Below are positions 17,101 through 31,200 of a DNA stretch of 64,000 nucleotides, in pieces. The stretch is taken from NCBI GenBank assembly GCA_964016885.1, contig OZ024744.1:7192001-7256000 (forward strand). Reading direction: 5' to 3'. The position numbers and the translations under genes are program-made. The stretch's first letter is position 1. The number at the start of each line of letters is the position of its first letter. This DNA is from Eledone cirrhosa. Taxonomy: Eukaryota. The notes under the pieces are model-generated. The model ran no database searches and had not been told where the DNA came from. It was given only the letters and a program-made list of their open reading frames with translations.

Positions 17101-20100
17101 TGTATGATGTCAGGTGTATATATAATTGTTTGATGTCAGGTGTATATATAATTGTTTGATGTCAGGTGTATATATAATTATTTGATGTCAGGTGTATATA
17201 TAATTGTTTGATGTCACATGTATATATAATTGTTTGATGTCAGGTGTATATATAATTGTATGATGTCTGGTGTATATATAATTTTTTGATGTCACATGTA
17301 TATATAATTGTTCTTTGTCAGGTGTATATATAATTGTTTGATGTCAGGTGTATATATAATTGTTTGATGTCAGGTGTATATATAATTGTTTGATGTCAGG
17401 TGTATATATAATTGTTTGATGACAGGTGTATATATAATTGTTTGATGCCACATGTATATATAATTGTATGATGTCTCATGTATATATAATTGTTTGATGC
17501 CAGCTGTATATATAATTGTTTGATGCCACATGTATATATAATTGTTTGATGTCACGTGTATGTATAATGTGTTGATGTCACATGTATATATAATTGTTTG
17601 ATGTTACATGTATATACAATTGTTTGATGTCAGGTGTATATATAATTGTATGATGTCAGGTGTATATATAATTGTTTGATGTCACATGTATATATTATTG
17701 GTTGATGTCACATGTATATACAATTGTTTGATGTCAGGTATATATATAATTGTTTGAGGTCAGGTATATATATAATTGTTTGATGTCACATGTATATATA
17801 ATTGTTTGATGTCACATGTATATATAATTGTTTGATGTCAGATCTATATATAATTGTTTGATGTCAGGTGTATATATAATTGTTTGATGTCACATGTATA
17901 TATAATTGTTTGATGTCAGGTAAATATATTATTGTTTGATGTCAGGTATATATATAATTGTTTGATGTCATGTGTATATATAATTGTTTGATGTCACATG
18001 TATATATAATTGTTTGATGTCAGGTGTATATATAATTGTTTGATGTCAGGTGTATATATAATTGTTTGATGTCAGGTGTATATATAATTATTTGATATCA
18101 GGTGTATATATAATTGTTTGATGTCACATGTATATATAATTGTTTGATGTCAGATCTATATATAATTGTTTGATGTCAGGTGTATATATAATTGTTTGAT
18201 GTCACATGTATATATAATTGTTTGATGTCAGGTATATATATTATTGTTTGATGTCAGGTATATATATAATTGTTTGATGTCATGTGTATATATAATTGTT
18301 TGATGTCACATGTATATATAATTGTTTGATGTCAGGTGTATATATAATTGTTTGATGTCAGGTGTATATATAATTGTTTGATGTCAGGTGTATATATAAT
18401 TATTTGATATCAGGTGTATATATAATTGTTTGATGTCACATGTATATATAATTGTTTGATGTCAGGTGTATATATAATTGTATGATGTCTGGTGTATATA
18501 TAATTTTTTGATGTCACATGTATATATAATTGTTCTTTGTCAGGTGTATATATAATTGTTTGATGTCAGGTGTATATATAATTGTTTGATGTCAGGTGTA
18601 TATATAATTGTATGATGTCAGGTCTATATATAATTGTTTGATGTCACATGTATATATTATTGGTTGATGTCACATGTATATACAATTGTTTGATGTCAGG
18701 TATATATATAATTGTTTGAGGTCAGGTATATATATAATTGTTTGATGTCACATGTATATATAATTGTTTGATGTCACATGTATATATAATTGTTTGATGT
18801 CAGATCTATATATAATTGTTTGATGTCAGGTGTATATATAATTGTTTGATGTCACATGTATATATAATTGTTTGATGTCAGGTATATATATTATTGTTTG
18901 ATGTCAGGTATATATATAATTGTTTGATGTCATGTGTATATATAATTGTTTGATGTCACATGTATATATAATTGTTTGATGTCAGGTGTATATATAATTG
19001 TTTGATGTCAGGTGTATATATAATTGTTTGATGTCAGGTGTATATATAATTATTTGATATCAGGTGTATATATAATTGTTTGATGTCACATGTATATATA
19101 ATTGTTTGATGTCAGATCTATATATAATTGTTTGATGTCAGGTGTATATATAATTGTTTGATGTCACATGTATATATAATTGTTTGATGTCAGGTATATA
19201 TATTATTGTTTGATGTCAGGTATATATATAATTGTTTGATGTCATGTGTATATATAATTGTTTGATGTCACATGTATATATAATTGTTTGATGTCAGGTG
19301 TATATATAATTGTTTGATGTCAGGTGTATATATAATTGTTTGATGTCAGGTGTATATATAATTATTTGATATCAGGTGTATATATAATTGTTTGATGTCA
19401 CATGTATATATAATTGTTTGACGTCAGGTGTATATATAATTGTATGATGTCTGGTGTATATATAATTTTTTGATGTCACATGTATATATAATTGTTCTTT
19501 GTCAGGTGTATATATAATTGTTTGATGTCAGGTGTATATATAATTGTTTGATGTCGGGTGTATATATAATTGTTTGATGACAGGTGTATATATAATTGTT
19601 TGATGCCACATGTATATATAATTGTATGATGTCTCATGTATATATAATTGTTTGATGTCAGGTGTATATATAATTGTTTGATGTCACATGTATATATAAT
19701 TGTTTAATGCCAGGTGTATATATAATTGTTTGATGCCAGGTGTATATATAATTGTTTGATGTCACGTATATATATAATGTGTTGATGTCACATGTATATA
19801 TAATTGTTTGATGTTACATGTATGTACAATTGTTTGATGTCAGGTGTATATATAATTTTATGATGTCAGGTGTATATATAATTGTTTGATGTCACATGTA
19901 TATATTATTGGTTGATGTCACATGTATATACAAATGTTTGATGTCAGGTATATATATAATTGTTTGAGGTCAGGTATATATATAATTGTTTGATGTCACA
20001 TGTATATATAATTGTTTGATGTCACATGTATATATAATTGTTTGATGTCAGGTGTATATATAATTGTTTGATGTCAGGTGTATATATAATTTTTTGATGT

Positions 20101-23100
20101 CAGATGCATATATAATTGTTTGATGTCACATGTATATATAATTGTTTGATGTCAGGTGTATATATAATTGTTTGATGTCAGGTGTATATATAATTGTTTG
20201 ATGTCAGATGTATAATTAATTGTTTGATGTCAGGTGTATATATAATTGTTTAATGTCAGGTGTATATATAATTGTTTGATGTCAGGTGTATATATAATTG
20301 TTTGATGTCACATGTATATATAATTGTTTGATGTCTGGTGTATATATAATTGTTTGATGTCAGGTGCATATATAATTGTCTGATGTCAGATGTATATATA
20401 ATTGTTTGATGTCAGGTGTATATATAATTGTTTGATGTCACATGTATATATAATTGTATGATGTCACATGTTTATATAATTGTTTGATGTCAGGTGTATA
20501 TATAATTGTTTGATGTCACATGTATATATAATGGTCTGATGCCAGGTGTACATATAATTGTTTGATATCAGGTGTATACATAATTGTTTGATGACAGGTG
20601 TATATATAATTGTTTGATGTCACATGTATATATAATTGTTTGATGCCAGGTGTATATTTAATTCTTTGATGTCACATGTATATATAATAGTTTGATCTCA
20701 GGTGTATATATAATTGTATGATGTCTGGTGTATATATAATTGTTTGAGGACAGGTGTATATATAATTGTTTGATGTCAGGTGTATATATAATTGTTTGAT
20801 GTCACATGTATATATAATTGTTTGATGTCAGGTGTATATATAATTGTTTGATGTCATATGTATATATAATTGTTTGATGTCAGGTGTATATATAATTGTT
20901 TGATGTCACGTGTATATATAATTGTTTGATGTCACATGTATATATAATTGTTTGATATCAGGTGTATATATAATTGTTTGATGTCACATGTATATATAAT
21001 TGTTTGATGTCAGGTGTATATATAATTGTTTGATGTCACGTGTATATATAATTGTTTGATGTCACATGTATATATAATTATTTCATGTCAGGTGTATATA
21101 TAATTGTTTGATGTCAGGTGTATATATAATTGTTTCATGTCAGGTGTATATATAATTGATTGATGTCAGATGTAATATAATTGTTTGATATCAGGTGTAT
21201 ATATAATTGTTTGATGTCGGATGTATATATAATTGTTTGATGTCACATGTATATATAATTGTATGATATCTCATGTATATATAATTGTTTGATTTCAGGT
21301 GTATATATAATCGTTTGATGTCACATGTATATATAATATTTTGATGCCAGGTTTATATATAATTGTTTGATGCCAGGTGTATATATACTTGTTTGATGTC
21401 ACATGTATATATAATTGTTTGATGTCAGGTGTAATATAATTGTTTGATATCAGGTGTATATATAATTGTTTGATGTCAGATGTATATATAATTGTTTGAT
21501 GTCACATGTATATATAATAGTATGATGTCAGGTGTATATATAATTGTTTGATGTCACATGTATATATAATTGTTTGACGTCACATGTATATATTATTGGT
21601 TGATGTCACATGTATATACAATTGTTTGATGTCAGGTATATATATAATTGTTTGAGGTCAGGTATATATATAATTGTTTGATGTCACATGTATATATAAT
21701 TGTTTGATGTCACATGTATATATAATTGTTTGATGTCAGATCTATATATAATTGTTTGATGTCAGGTGTATATATAATTGTTTGATGTCACATGTATATA
21801 TAATTGTTTGATGTCAGGTATATATATTATTGTTTGATGTCAGGTATATATATAATTGTTTGATGTCATGTGTATATATAATTGTTTGATGTCACATGTA
21901 TATATAATTGTTTGATGTCAGGTGTATATATAATTGTTTGATGTCAGGTGTATATATAATTGTTTGATGTCAGGTGTATATATAATTATTTGATATCAGG
22001 TGTATATATAATTGTTTGATGTCACATGTATATATAATTGTTTGATGTCAGATCTATATATAATTGTTTGATGTCAGGTGTATATATAATTGTTTGATGT
22101 CACATGTATATATAATTGTTTGATGTCAGGTATATATATTATTGTTTGATGTCAGGTATATATATACTTGTTTGATGTCATGTGTATATATAATTGTTTG
22201 ATGTCACATGTATATATAATTGTTTGATGTCAGGTGTATATGTAATTGTTTGATGTCAGGTGTATATATAATTGTTTGATGTCAGGTGTATATATAATTA
22301 TTTGATATCAGGTGTATATATAATTGTTTGATGTCACATGTATATATAATTGTTTGATGTCAGGTGTATATATAATTGTATGATGTCTGGTGTATATATA
22401 ATTTTTTGATGTCACATGTATATATAATTGTTTTTTGTCAGGTGTATATATAATTGTTTGATGTCAGGTGTATATATAATTGTTTGATGTCAGGTGTATA
22501 TATAATTGTTTGATGACAGGTGTATATATAATTGTTTGATGCCACATGTATATATAATTGTATGATGTCTCATGTATATATAATTGTTTGATGTCAGGTG
22601 TATATATAATTGTTTGATGTCACATGTATATATAATTGTTTGATGCCAGGTGTATATATAATTGTTTGATGCCAGGTGTATATATAATTGTTTGATGTCA
22701 CATGTATATATAATTGTTTGATGCCAGCTGTATATATAATTGTTTGATGCCACATGTATATATAATTGTTTGATGTCACGTATATATATAATGTGTTGAT
22801 GTCACATGTATATATAATTGTTTGATGTTACATGTATGTACAATTGTTTGATGTCAGGTGTATATATAATTGTTTGATGTCACATGTATATATAATTGTT
22901 TGATGTCAGGTGTATATATAATTGTTTGATGTCAGGTGTATATATAATTTTTTGATGTCAGATGCATATATAATTGTTTGATGTCACATGTATATATAAT
23001 TGTTTGATGTCAGGTGTATATATAATTGTTTGATGTCAGGTGTATATATAATTTTTTAATGTCAGATGCATATATAATTGTTTGATGTCACATGTATATA

Positions 23101-26100
23101 TAATTGTTTGATGTCAGGTGTATATATAATTGTTTGATGTCAGGTGTATATATAATTGTTTGATGTCAGATGTATAATTAATTGTTTGATGTCAGGTGTA
23201 CATATAATTGTTTAATGTCAGGTGTATATATAATTGTTTGATGTCAGGTGTATATATAATTGTTTGATGTCACATGTATGTATAATTGTTTGATGTCAGG
23301 TGTATATATAATTGTTTGATGTCAGGTGTATATATAATTGTCTGATGTCAGATGTATATATAATTGTTTGATGTCAGGTGTATATATAATTGTTTGATGT
23401 CACATGTATATATAATTGTATGATGTCACATGTTTATATAATTGTTTGATGTCAGGTGTATATATAATTGTTTGATGTCACATGTATATATAATGGTCTG
23501 ATGCCAGGTGTACATATAATTGTTTGATATCAGGTGTATACATAATTGTTTGATGACAGGTGTATATATAATTGTTTGATGTCACATGTATATATAATTG
23601 TTTGATGCCAGGTGTATATTTAATTTTTTGATGTCACATGTATATATAATAGTTTGATCTCAGGTGTATATATAATTGTATGATGTCTGGTGTATATATA
23701 ATTGTTTGAGGACAGGTGTATATATAATTGTTTGATGTCAGGTGTATATATAATTGTTTGATGTCACATGTATATATAATTGTTTGATGTCAGGTGTATA
23801 TATAATTGTTTGATGTCATATGTATATATAATTGTTTGATGTCAGGTGTATATATAATTGTTTGATGTCACGTGTATATATAATTGTTTGATGTCACATG
23901 TATATATAATTGTTTGATATCAGGTGTATATATAATTGTTTGATGTCACATGTATATATAATTGTTTGATGTCAGGTGTATATATAATTGTTTGATGTCA
24001 CGTGTATATATAATTGTTTGATGTCACATGTATATATAATTATTTCATGTCAGGTGTATATATAATTGTTTGATGTCAGGTGTATATATAATTGTTTGAT
24101 GTCAGGTGTATATATAATTGATTGATGTCAGATGTAATATAATTGTTTGATATCAGGTGTATATATAATTGTTTGATGTCGGATGTATATATAATTGTTT
24201 GATGTCACATGTATATATAATTGTATGATATCTCATGTATATATAATTGTTTGATTTCAGGTGTATATATAATTGTTTGATGTCACATGTATATATAATT
24301 GTTTGATGCCAGGTTTATATATAATTGTTTGATGCCAGGTGTATATATACTTGTTTGATGTCACATGTATATATAATTGTTTGATGTCAGGTGTAATATA
24401 ATTGTTTGATATCAGGTGTATATATAATTGTTTGATGTCAGATGTATATATAATTGTTTGATGTCACATGTATATATAATAGTATGATGTCAGGTGTATA
24501 TATAATTGTTTGATGTCACATGTATATATAATTGTTTGATGTCACATGTATATATTATTGGTTGATGTCACATGTATATACAATTGTTTGATGTCAGGTA
24601 TATATATAATTGTTTGAGGTCAGGTATATATATAATTGTTTGATGTCACATGTATATATAATTGTTTGATGTCACATGTATATATAATTGTTTGATGTCA
24701 GATCTATATATAATTGTTTGATGTCAGGTGTATATATAATTGTTTGATGTCACATGTATATATAATTGTTTGATGTCAGGTATATATATTATTGTTTGAT
24801 GTCAGGTATATATATAATTGTTTGATGTCATGTGTATATATAATTGTTTGATGTCACATGTATATATAATTGTTTGATGTCAGGTGTATATATAATTGTT
24901 TGATGTCAGGTGTATATATAATTGTTTGATGTCAGGTGTATATATAATTATTTGATATCAGGTGTATATATAATTGTTTGATGTCACATGTATATATAAT
25001 TGTTTGATGTCAGATCTATATATAATTGTTTGATGTCAGGTGTATATATAATTGTTTGATGTCACATGTATATATAATTGTTTGATGTCAGGTATATATA
25101 TTATTGTTTGATGTCAGGTATATATATACTTGTTTGATGTCATGTGTATATATAATTGTTTGATGTCACATGTATATATAATTGTTTGATGTCAGGTGTA
25201 TATATAATTGTTTGATGTCAGGTGTATATATAATTGTTTGATGTCAGGTGTATATATAATTATTTGATATCAGGTGTATATATAATTTTTTGATGTCACA
25301 TGTATATATAATTGTTTTTTGTCAGGTGTATATATAATTGTTTGATGTCAGGTGTATATATAATTGTTTGATGACAGGTGTATATATAATTGTTTGATGC
25401 CACATGTATATATAATTGTATGATGTCTCATGTATATATAATTGTTTGATGTCAGGTGTATATATAATTGTTTGATGTCACATTTATATATAATTGTTTG
25501 ACGCCAGGTGTATATATAATTGTTTGATGCCAGGTGTATATATAATTGTTTGATGCCACATGTATATATAATTGTTTGATGTCACGTATATATATAATGT
25601 GTTGATGTCACATGTATATATAATTGTTTGATGTTACATGTATGTACAATTGTTTGATGTCAGGTGTATATATAATTTTATGATGTCAGGTGTATATATA
25701 ATTGTTTGATGTCACATGTATATATTATTGGTTGATGTCACATGTATATACAAATGTTTGATGTCAGGTATATATATAATTGTTTGAGGTCAGGTAGATA
25801 TATAATTGTTTGATGTCACATGTATATATAATTGTTTGATGTCACATGTATATATAATTGTTTGATGTCAGGTGTATATATAATTGTTTGATGTCAGGTG
25901 TATATATAATTTTTTGATGTCAGATGCATATATAATTGTTTGATGTCACATGTATATATAATTGTTTGATGTCAGGTGTATATATAATTGTTTGATGTCA
26001 GGTGTATATATAATTGTTTGATGTCAGATGTATAATTAATTGTTTGATGTCAGGTGTATATATAATTGTTTAATGTCAGGTGTATATATAATTGTTTGAT

Positions 26101-28950
26101 GTCAGGTGTATATATAATTGTTTGATGTCACATGTATATATAATTGTTTGATGTCAGGTGTATATATAATTGTTTGATGTCAGGTGTATATATAATTGTC
26201 TGATGTCAGATGTATATATAATTGTTTGATGTCAGGTGTATATATAATTGTTTGATGTCACATGTATATATAATTGTATGATGTCACATGTTTATATAAT
26301 TGTTTGTGTCAGGTGTATATATAATTGTTTGATGTCACATGTATATATAATGGTCTGATGCCAGGTGTACATATAATTGTTTGATATCAGGTGTATACAT
26401 AATTGTTTGATGACAGGTGTATATATAATTGTTTGATGTCACATGTATATATAATTGTTTGATGCCAGGTGTATATTTAATTCTTTGATGTCACATGTAT
26501 ATATAATTGTTTGATCTCAGGTGTATATATAATTGTATGATGTCTGGTGTATATATAATTGTTTGAGGACAGGTGTATATATAATTGTTTGATGTCAGGT
26601 GTATATATAATTGTTTGATGTCACATGTATATATAATTGTTTGATGTCAGGTGTATATATAATTGTTTGATGTCATATGTATATATAATTGTTTGATGTC
26701 AGGTGTATATATAATTGTTTGATGTCACGTGTATATATAATTGTTTGATGTCACATGTATATATAATTGTTTGATATCAGGTGTATATATAATTGTTTGA
26801 TGTCACATGTATATATAATTGTTTGATGTCAGGTGTATATATAATTGTTTGATGTCACGTGTATATATAATTGTTTGATGTCACATGTATATATAATTAT
26901 TTCATGTCAGGTGTATATATAATTGTTTGATGTCAGGTGTATATATAATTGTTTGATGTCAGGTGTATATATAATTGATTGATGTCAGATGTAATATAAT
27001 TGTTTGATATCAGGTGTATATATAATTGTTTGATGTCGGATGTATATATAATTGTTTGATGTCACATGTATATATAATTGTATGATATCTCATGTATATA
27101 TAATTGTTTGATTTCAGGTGTATATATAATTGTTTGATGTCACATGTATATATAATTGTTTGATGCCAGGTTTATATATAATTGTTTGATGCCAGGTGTA
27201 TATATACTTGTTTGATGTCACATGTATATATAATTGTTTGATGTCAGGTGTAATATAATTGTTTGATATCAGGTGTATATATAATTGTTTGATGTCAGAT
27301 GTATATATAATTGTTTGATGTCACATGTATATATAATAGTATGATGTCAGGTGTATATATAATTGTTTGATGTCACATGTATATATAATTGTTTGATGTC
27401 AGGTGTATATATAATTGTTTGACGTCACATGTATATATAATTGTTTGATGCCAGGTGTATATATAATTGTTTGATGCCAGGTGTGTATATAATAGTTTGA
27501 TATCACATGTATATATGATTGTTAGATGCCAGGTGTATATAGAATTGTTTGATGCCACATGTATATATAATTGTTTGATGTCAGGTGTATATATAATTGA
27601 TTGATGTCAGGTGTATATATAATTTTTCAATCTCAGGTGTATATATAATTGTTTGATGTCACATGTATATATAATTGTATGATGTCAGGTGTATATATAA
27701 TTGTTTGATGTCAGGTGTATATATAATTGTTTGATGTCAGGTGTATATATAATTATTTGATGTCAGGTGTATATATAATTGTTTGATGTCACATGTATAT
27801 ATAATTGTTTGATGTCAGGTGTATATATAATTGTTTGATGACAGGTGTATATATAATTGTTTGATGCCACATGTATATATAATTGTATGATGTCTCATGT
27901 ATATATAATTGTTTGATGTCAGGTGTATATATAATTGTTTGATGTCACATGTATATATAATTGTTTGATGCCAGGTGTATATATAATTGTTTGATGCCAG
28001 GTGTATATATAATTGTTTGATGTCACATGTATATATAATTGTTAGATGCCAGCTGTATATATAATTGTTTGATGCCACATGTATATATAATTGTTTGATG
28101 TCACGTGTATGTATAATGTGTTGATGTCACATGTATATATAATTGTTTGATGTTACATGTATATACAATTGTTTGATGTCAGGTGTATATATAATTGTAT
28201 GATGTCAGGTGTATATATAATTGGTTGATGTCACATGTATATATTATTGGTTGATGTCACATGTATATACAATTGTTTGATGTCAGGTATATATATAATT
28301 GTTTGAGGTCAGGTATATATATAATGGTTTGATGTCACATGTATATATAATTGTTTGATGTCACATGTATATATAATTGTTTGATGTCAGATCTATATAT
28401 AATTGTTTGATGTCAGGTGTATATATAGTTGTTTGATGTCACATGTATATATAATTGTTTGATGTCAGGTATATATATTATTATTTGATGTCAGGTATAT
28501 ATATAATTGTTTGATGTCATGTGTATATATAATTGTTTGATGTCACATGTATATATAATTGTTTGATGTCAGGTGTATATATAATTGTTTGATGTCAGGT
28601 GTATATATAATTGTTTGATGTCAGGTGTATATATAATTGTTTGATGTCACATGTATATATAATTGTTTGATGTCAGATCTATATATAATTGTTTGATGTC
28701 AGGTGTATATATAATTGTTTAATGTCACATGTATATATAATTGTTTGATGTCAGGTATATATATTATTGTTTGATGTCAGGTATATATATAATTGTTTGA
28801 TGTCATGTGTATATATAATTGTTTGATGTCACATGTATATATAATTGTTTGATGTCAGGTGTATATATAATTGTTTGATGTCAGGTGTATATATAATTGT
28901 TTGATGTCAGGTGTATATATAATTATTTGATATCAGGTGTATATATAATT
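14140..28950 (+). repeat. Recurrent 12-monomer (312 bp) doublet marked by CAGATCT monomers
   Basis: ATCT marker pairs at 14151/14463, 17842/18154, 18804/19116, 21740/22052 and 24702/25014 are all 312 bp apart. The pair at 28391/28677 is 286 bp apart (11 monomers). Confidence 0.85.
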
Positions 28951-31200
28951 GTTTGATGTCACATGTATATATAATTGTTTGATGTCAGGTGTATATATAA
29001 TTGTATGATGTCTGGTGTATATATAATTTTTTGATGTCACATGTATATATAATTGTTCTTTGTCAGGTGTATATATAATTGTTTGATGTCAGGTGTATAT
29101 ATAATTGTTTGATGTCAGGTGTATATATAATTGTTTGATGACAGGTGTATATATAATTGTTTGATGCCACATGTATATATAATTGTATGATGTCTCATGT
29201 ATATATAATTGTTTGATGTCAGGTGTATATATAATTGTTTGATGTCACATGTATATATAATTGTTTGATGCCAGGTGTATATATAATTGTTTGATGCCAG
29301 GTGTATATATAATTGTTTGATGTCACATGTATATATAATTGTTTGATGCCAGCTGTATATATAATTGTTTGATGCCACATGTATATATAATTGTTTGATG
29401 TCACGTATATATATAATGTGTTGATGTCACATGTATATATAATTGTTTGATGTTACATGTATGTACAATTGTTTGATGTCAGGTGTATATATAATTTTAT
29501 GATGTCAGGTGTATATATAATTGTTTGATGTCACATGTATATATTATTGGTTGATGTCACATGTATATACAAATGTTTGATGTCAGGTATATATATAATT
29601 GTTTGAGGTCAGGTATATATATAATTGTTTGATGTCACATGTATATATAATTGTTTGATGTCACATGTATATATAATTGTTTGATGTCAGGTGTATATAT
29701 AATTGTTTGATGTCAGGTGTATATATAATTTTTTGATGTCAGATGCATATATAATTGTTTGATGTCACATGTATATATAATTGTTTGATGTCAGGTGTAT
29801 ATATAATTGTTTGATGTCAGGTGTATATATAATTGTTTGATGTCAGATGTATAATTAATTGTTTGATGTCAGGTGTATATATAATTGTTTAATGTCAGGT
29901 GTATATATAATTGTTTGATGTCAGGTGTATATATAATTGTTTGATGTCACATGTATATATAATTGTTTGATGTCAGGTGTATATATAATTGTTTGATGTC
30001 AGGTGTATATATAATTGTCTGATGTCAGATGTATATATAATTGTTTGATATCAGGTGTATAATATAATTGTTTGATGTCACATGTATATATAATTGTATG
30101 ATGTCACATGTTTATATAATTGTTTGATGTCAGGTGTATATATAATTGTTTGATGTCACATGTATATATAATGGTCTGATGCCAGGTGTACATATAATTG
30201 TTTGATATCAGGTGTATACATAATTGTTTGATGACAGGTGTATATATAATTGTTTGATGTCACATGTATATATAATTGTTTGATGCCAGGTGTATATTTA
30301 ATTCTTTGATGTCACATGTATATATAATTGTTTGATCTCAGGTGTATATATAATTGTATGATGTCTGGTGTATATATAATTGTTTGAGGACAGGTGTATA
30401 TATAATTGTTTGATGTCAGGTGTATATATAATTGTTTGATGTCACATGTATATATAATTGTTTGATGTCAGGTGTATATATAATTGTTTGATGTCATATG
30501 TATATATAATTGTTTGATGTCAGGTGTATATATAATTGTTTGATGTCACGTGTATATATAATTGTTTGATGTCACATGTATATATAATTGTTTGATATCA
30601 GGTGTATATATAATTGTTTGATGTCACATGTATATATAATTGTTTGATGTCAGGTGTATATATAATTGTTTGATGTCACGTGTATATATAATTGTTTGAT
30701 GTCACATGTATATATAATTATTTCATGTCAGGTGTATATATAATTGTTTGATGTCAGGTGTATATATAATTGTTTGATGTCAGGTGTATATATAATTGAT
30801 TGATGTCAGATGTAATATAATTGTTTGATATCAGGTGTATATATAATTGTTTGATGTCGGATGTATATATAATTGTTTGATGTCACATGTATATATAATT
30901 GTATGATATCTCATGTATATATAATTGTTTGATTTCAGGTGTATATATAATTGTTTGATGTCACATGCATATATAATTGTTTGATGCCAGGTGTATATAT
31001 AATTGTTTGATGCCAGGTGTATATATACTTGTTTGATGTCACATGTATATATAATTGTTTGATGTCAGGTGTAACATAATTGTTTGATATCAGGTGTATA
31101 TATAATTGTTTGATGTCAGAGGTATATATATAATTGTTTGATGTCACATGTATATATAATAGTATGATGTCAGGTGTATATATAATTGTTTGATGTCACA
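20000..31200 (+). repeat. Four related HOR copies of ~2.9-3.8 kb sharing the private GTCGGATG monomer
   Basis: GTCGG(ATG) occurs at 21216, 24178, 27035 and 30856 (spacings 2962, 2857, 3821). The ATGGTCTG marker shows the same spacings (20531, 23493, 26350, 30171). Confidence 0.8.

Noticed and set aside
25791-25797. Zelda/TAGteam site CAGGTAG (and CAGGTA variant monomers)
   Set aside because: Only one perfect copy was noticed, and it arises from a single substitution. The host taxon is unknown.
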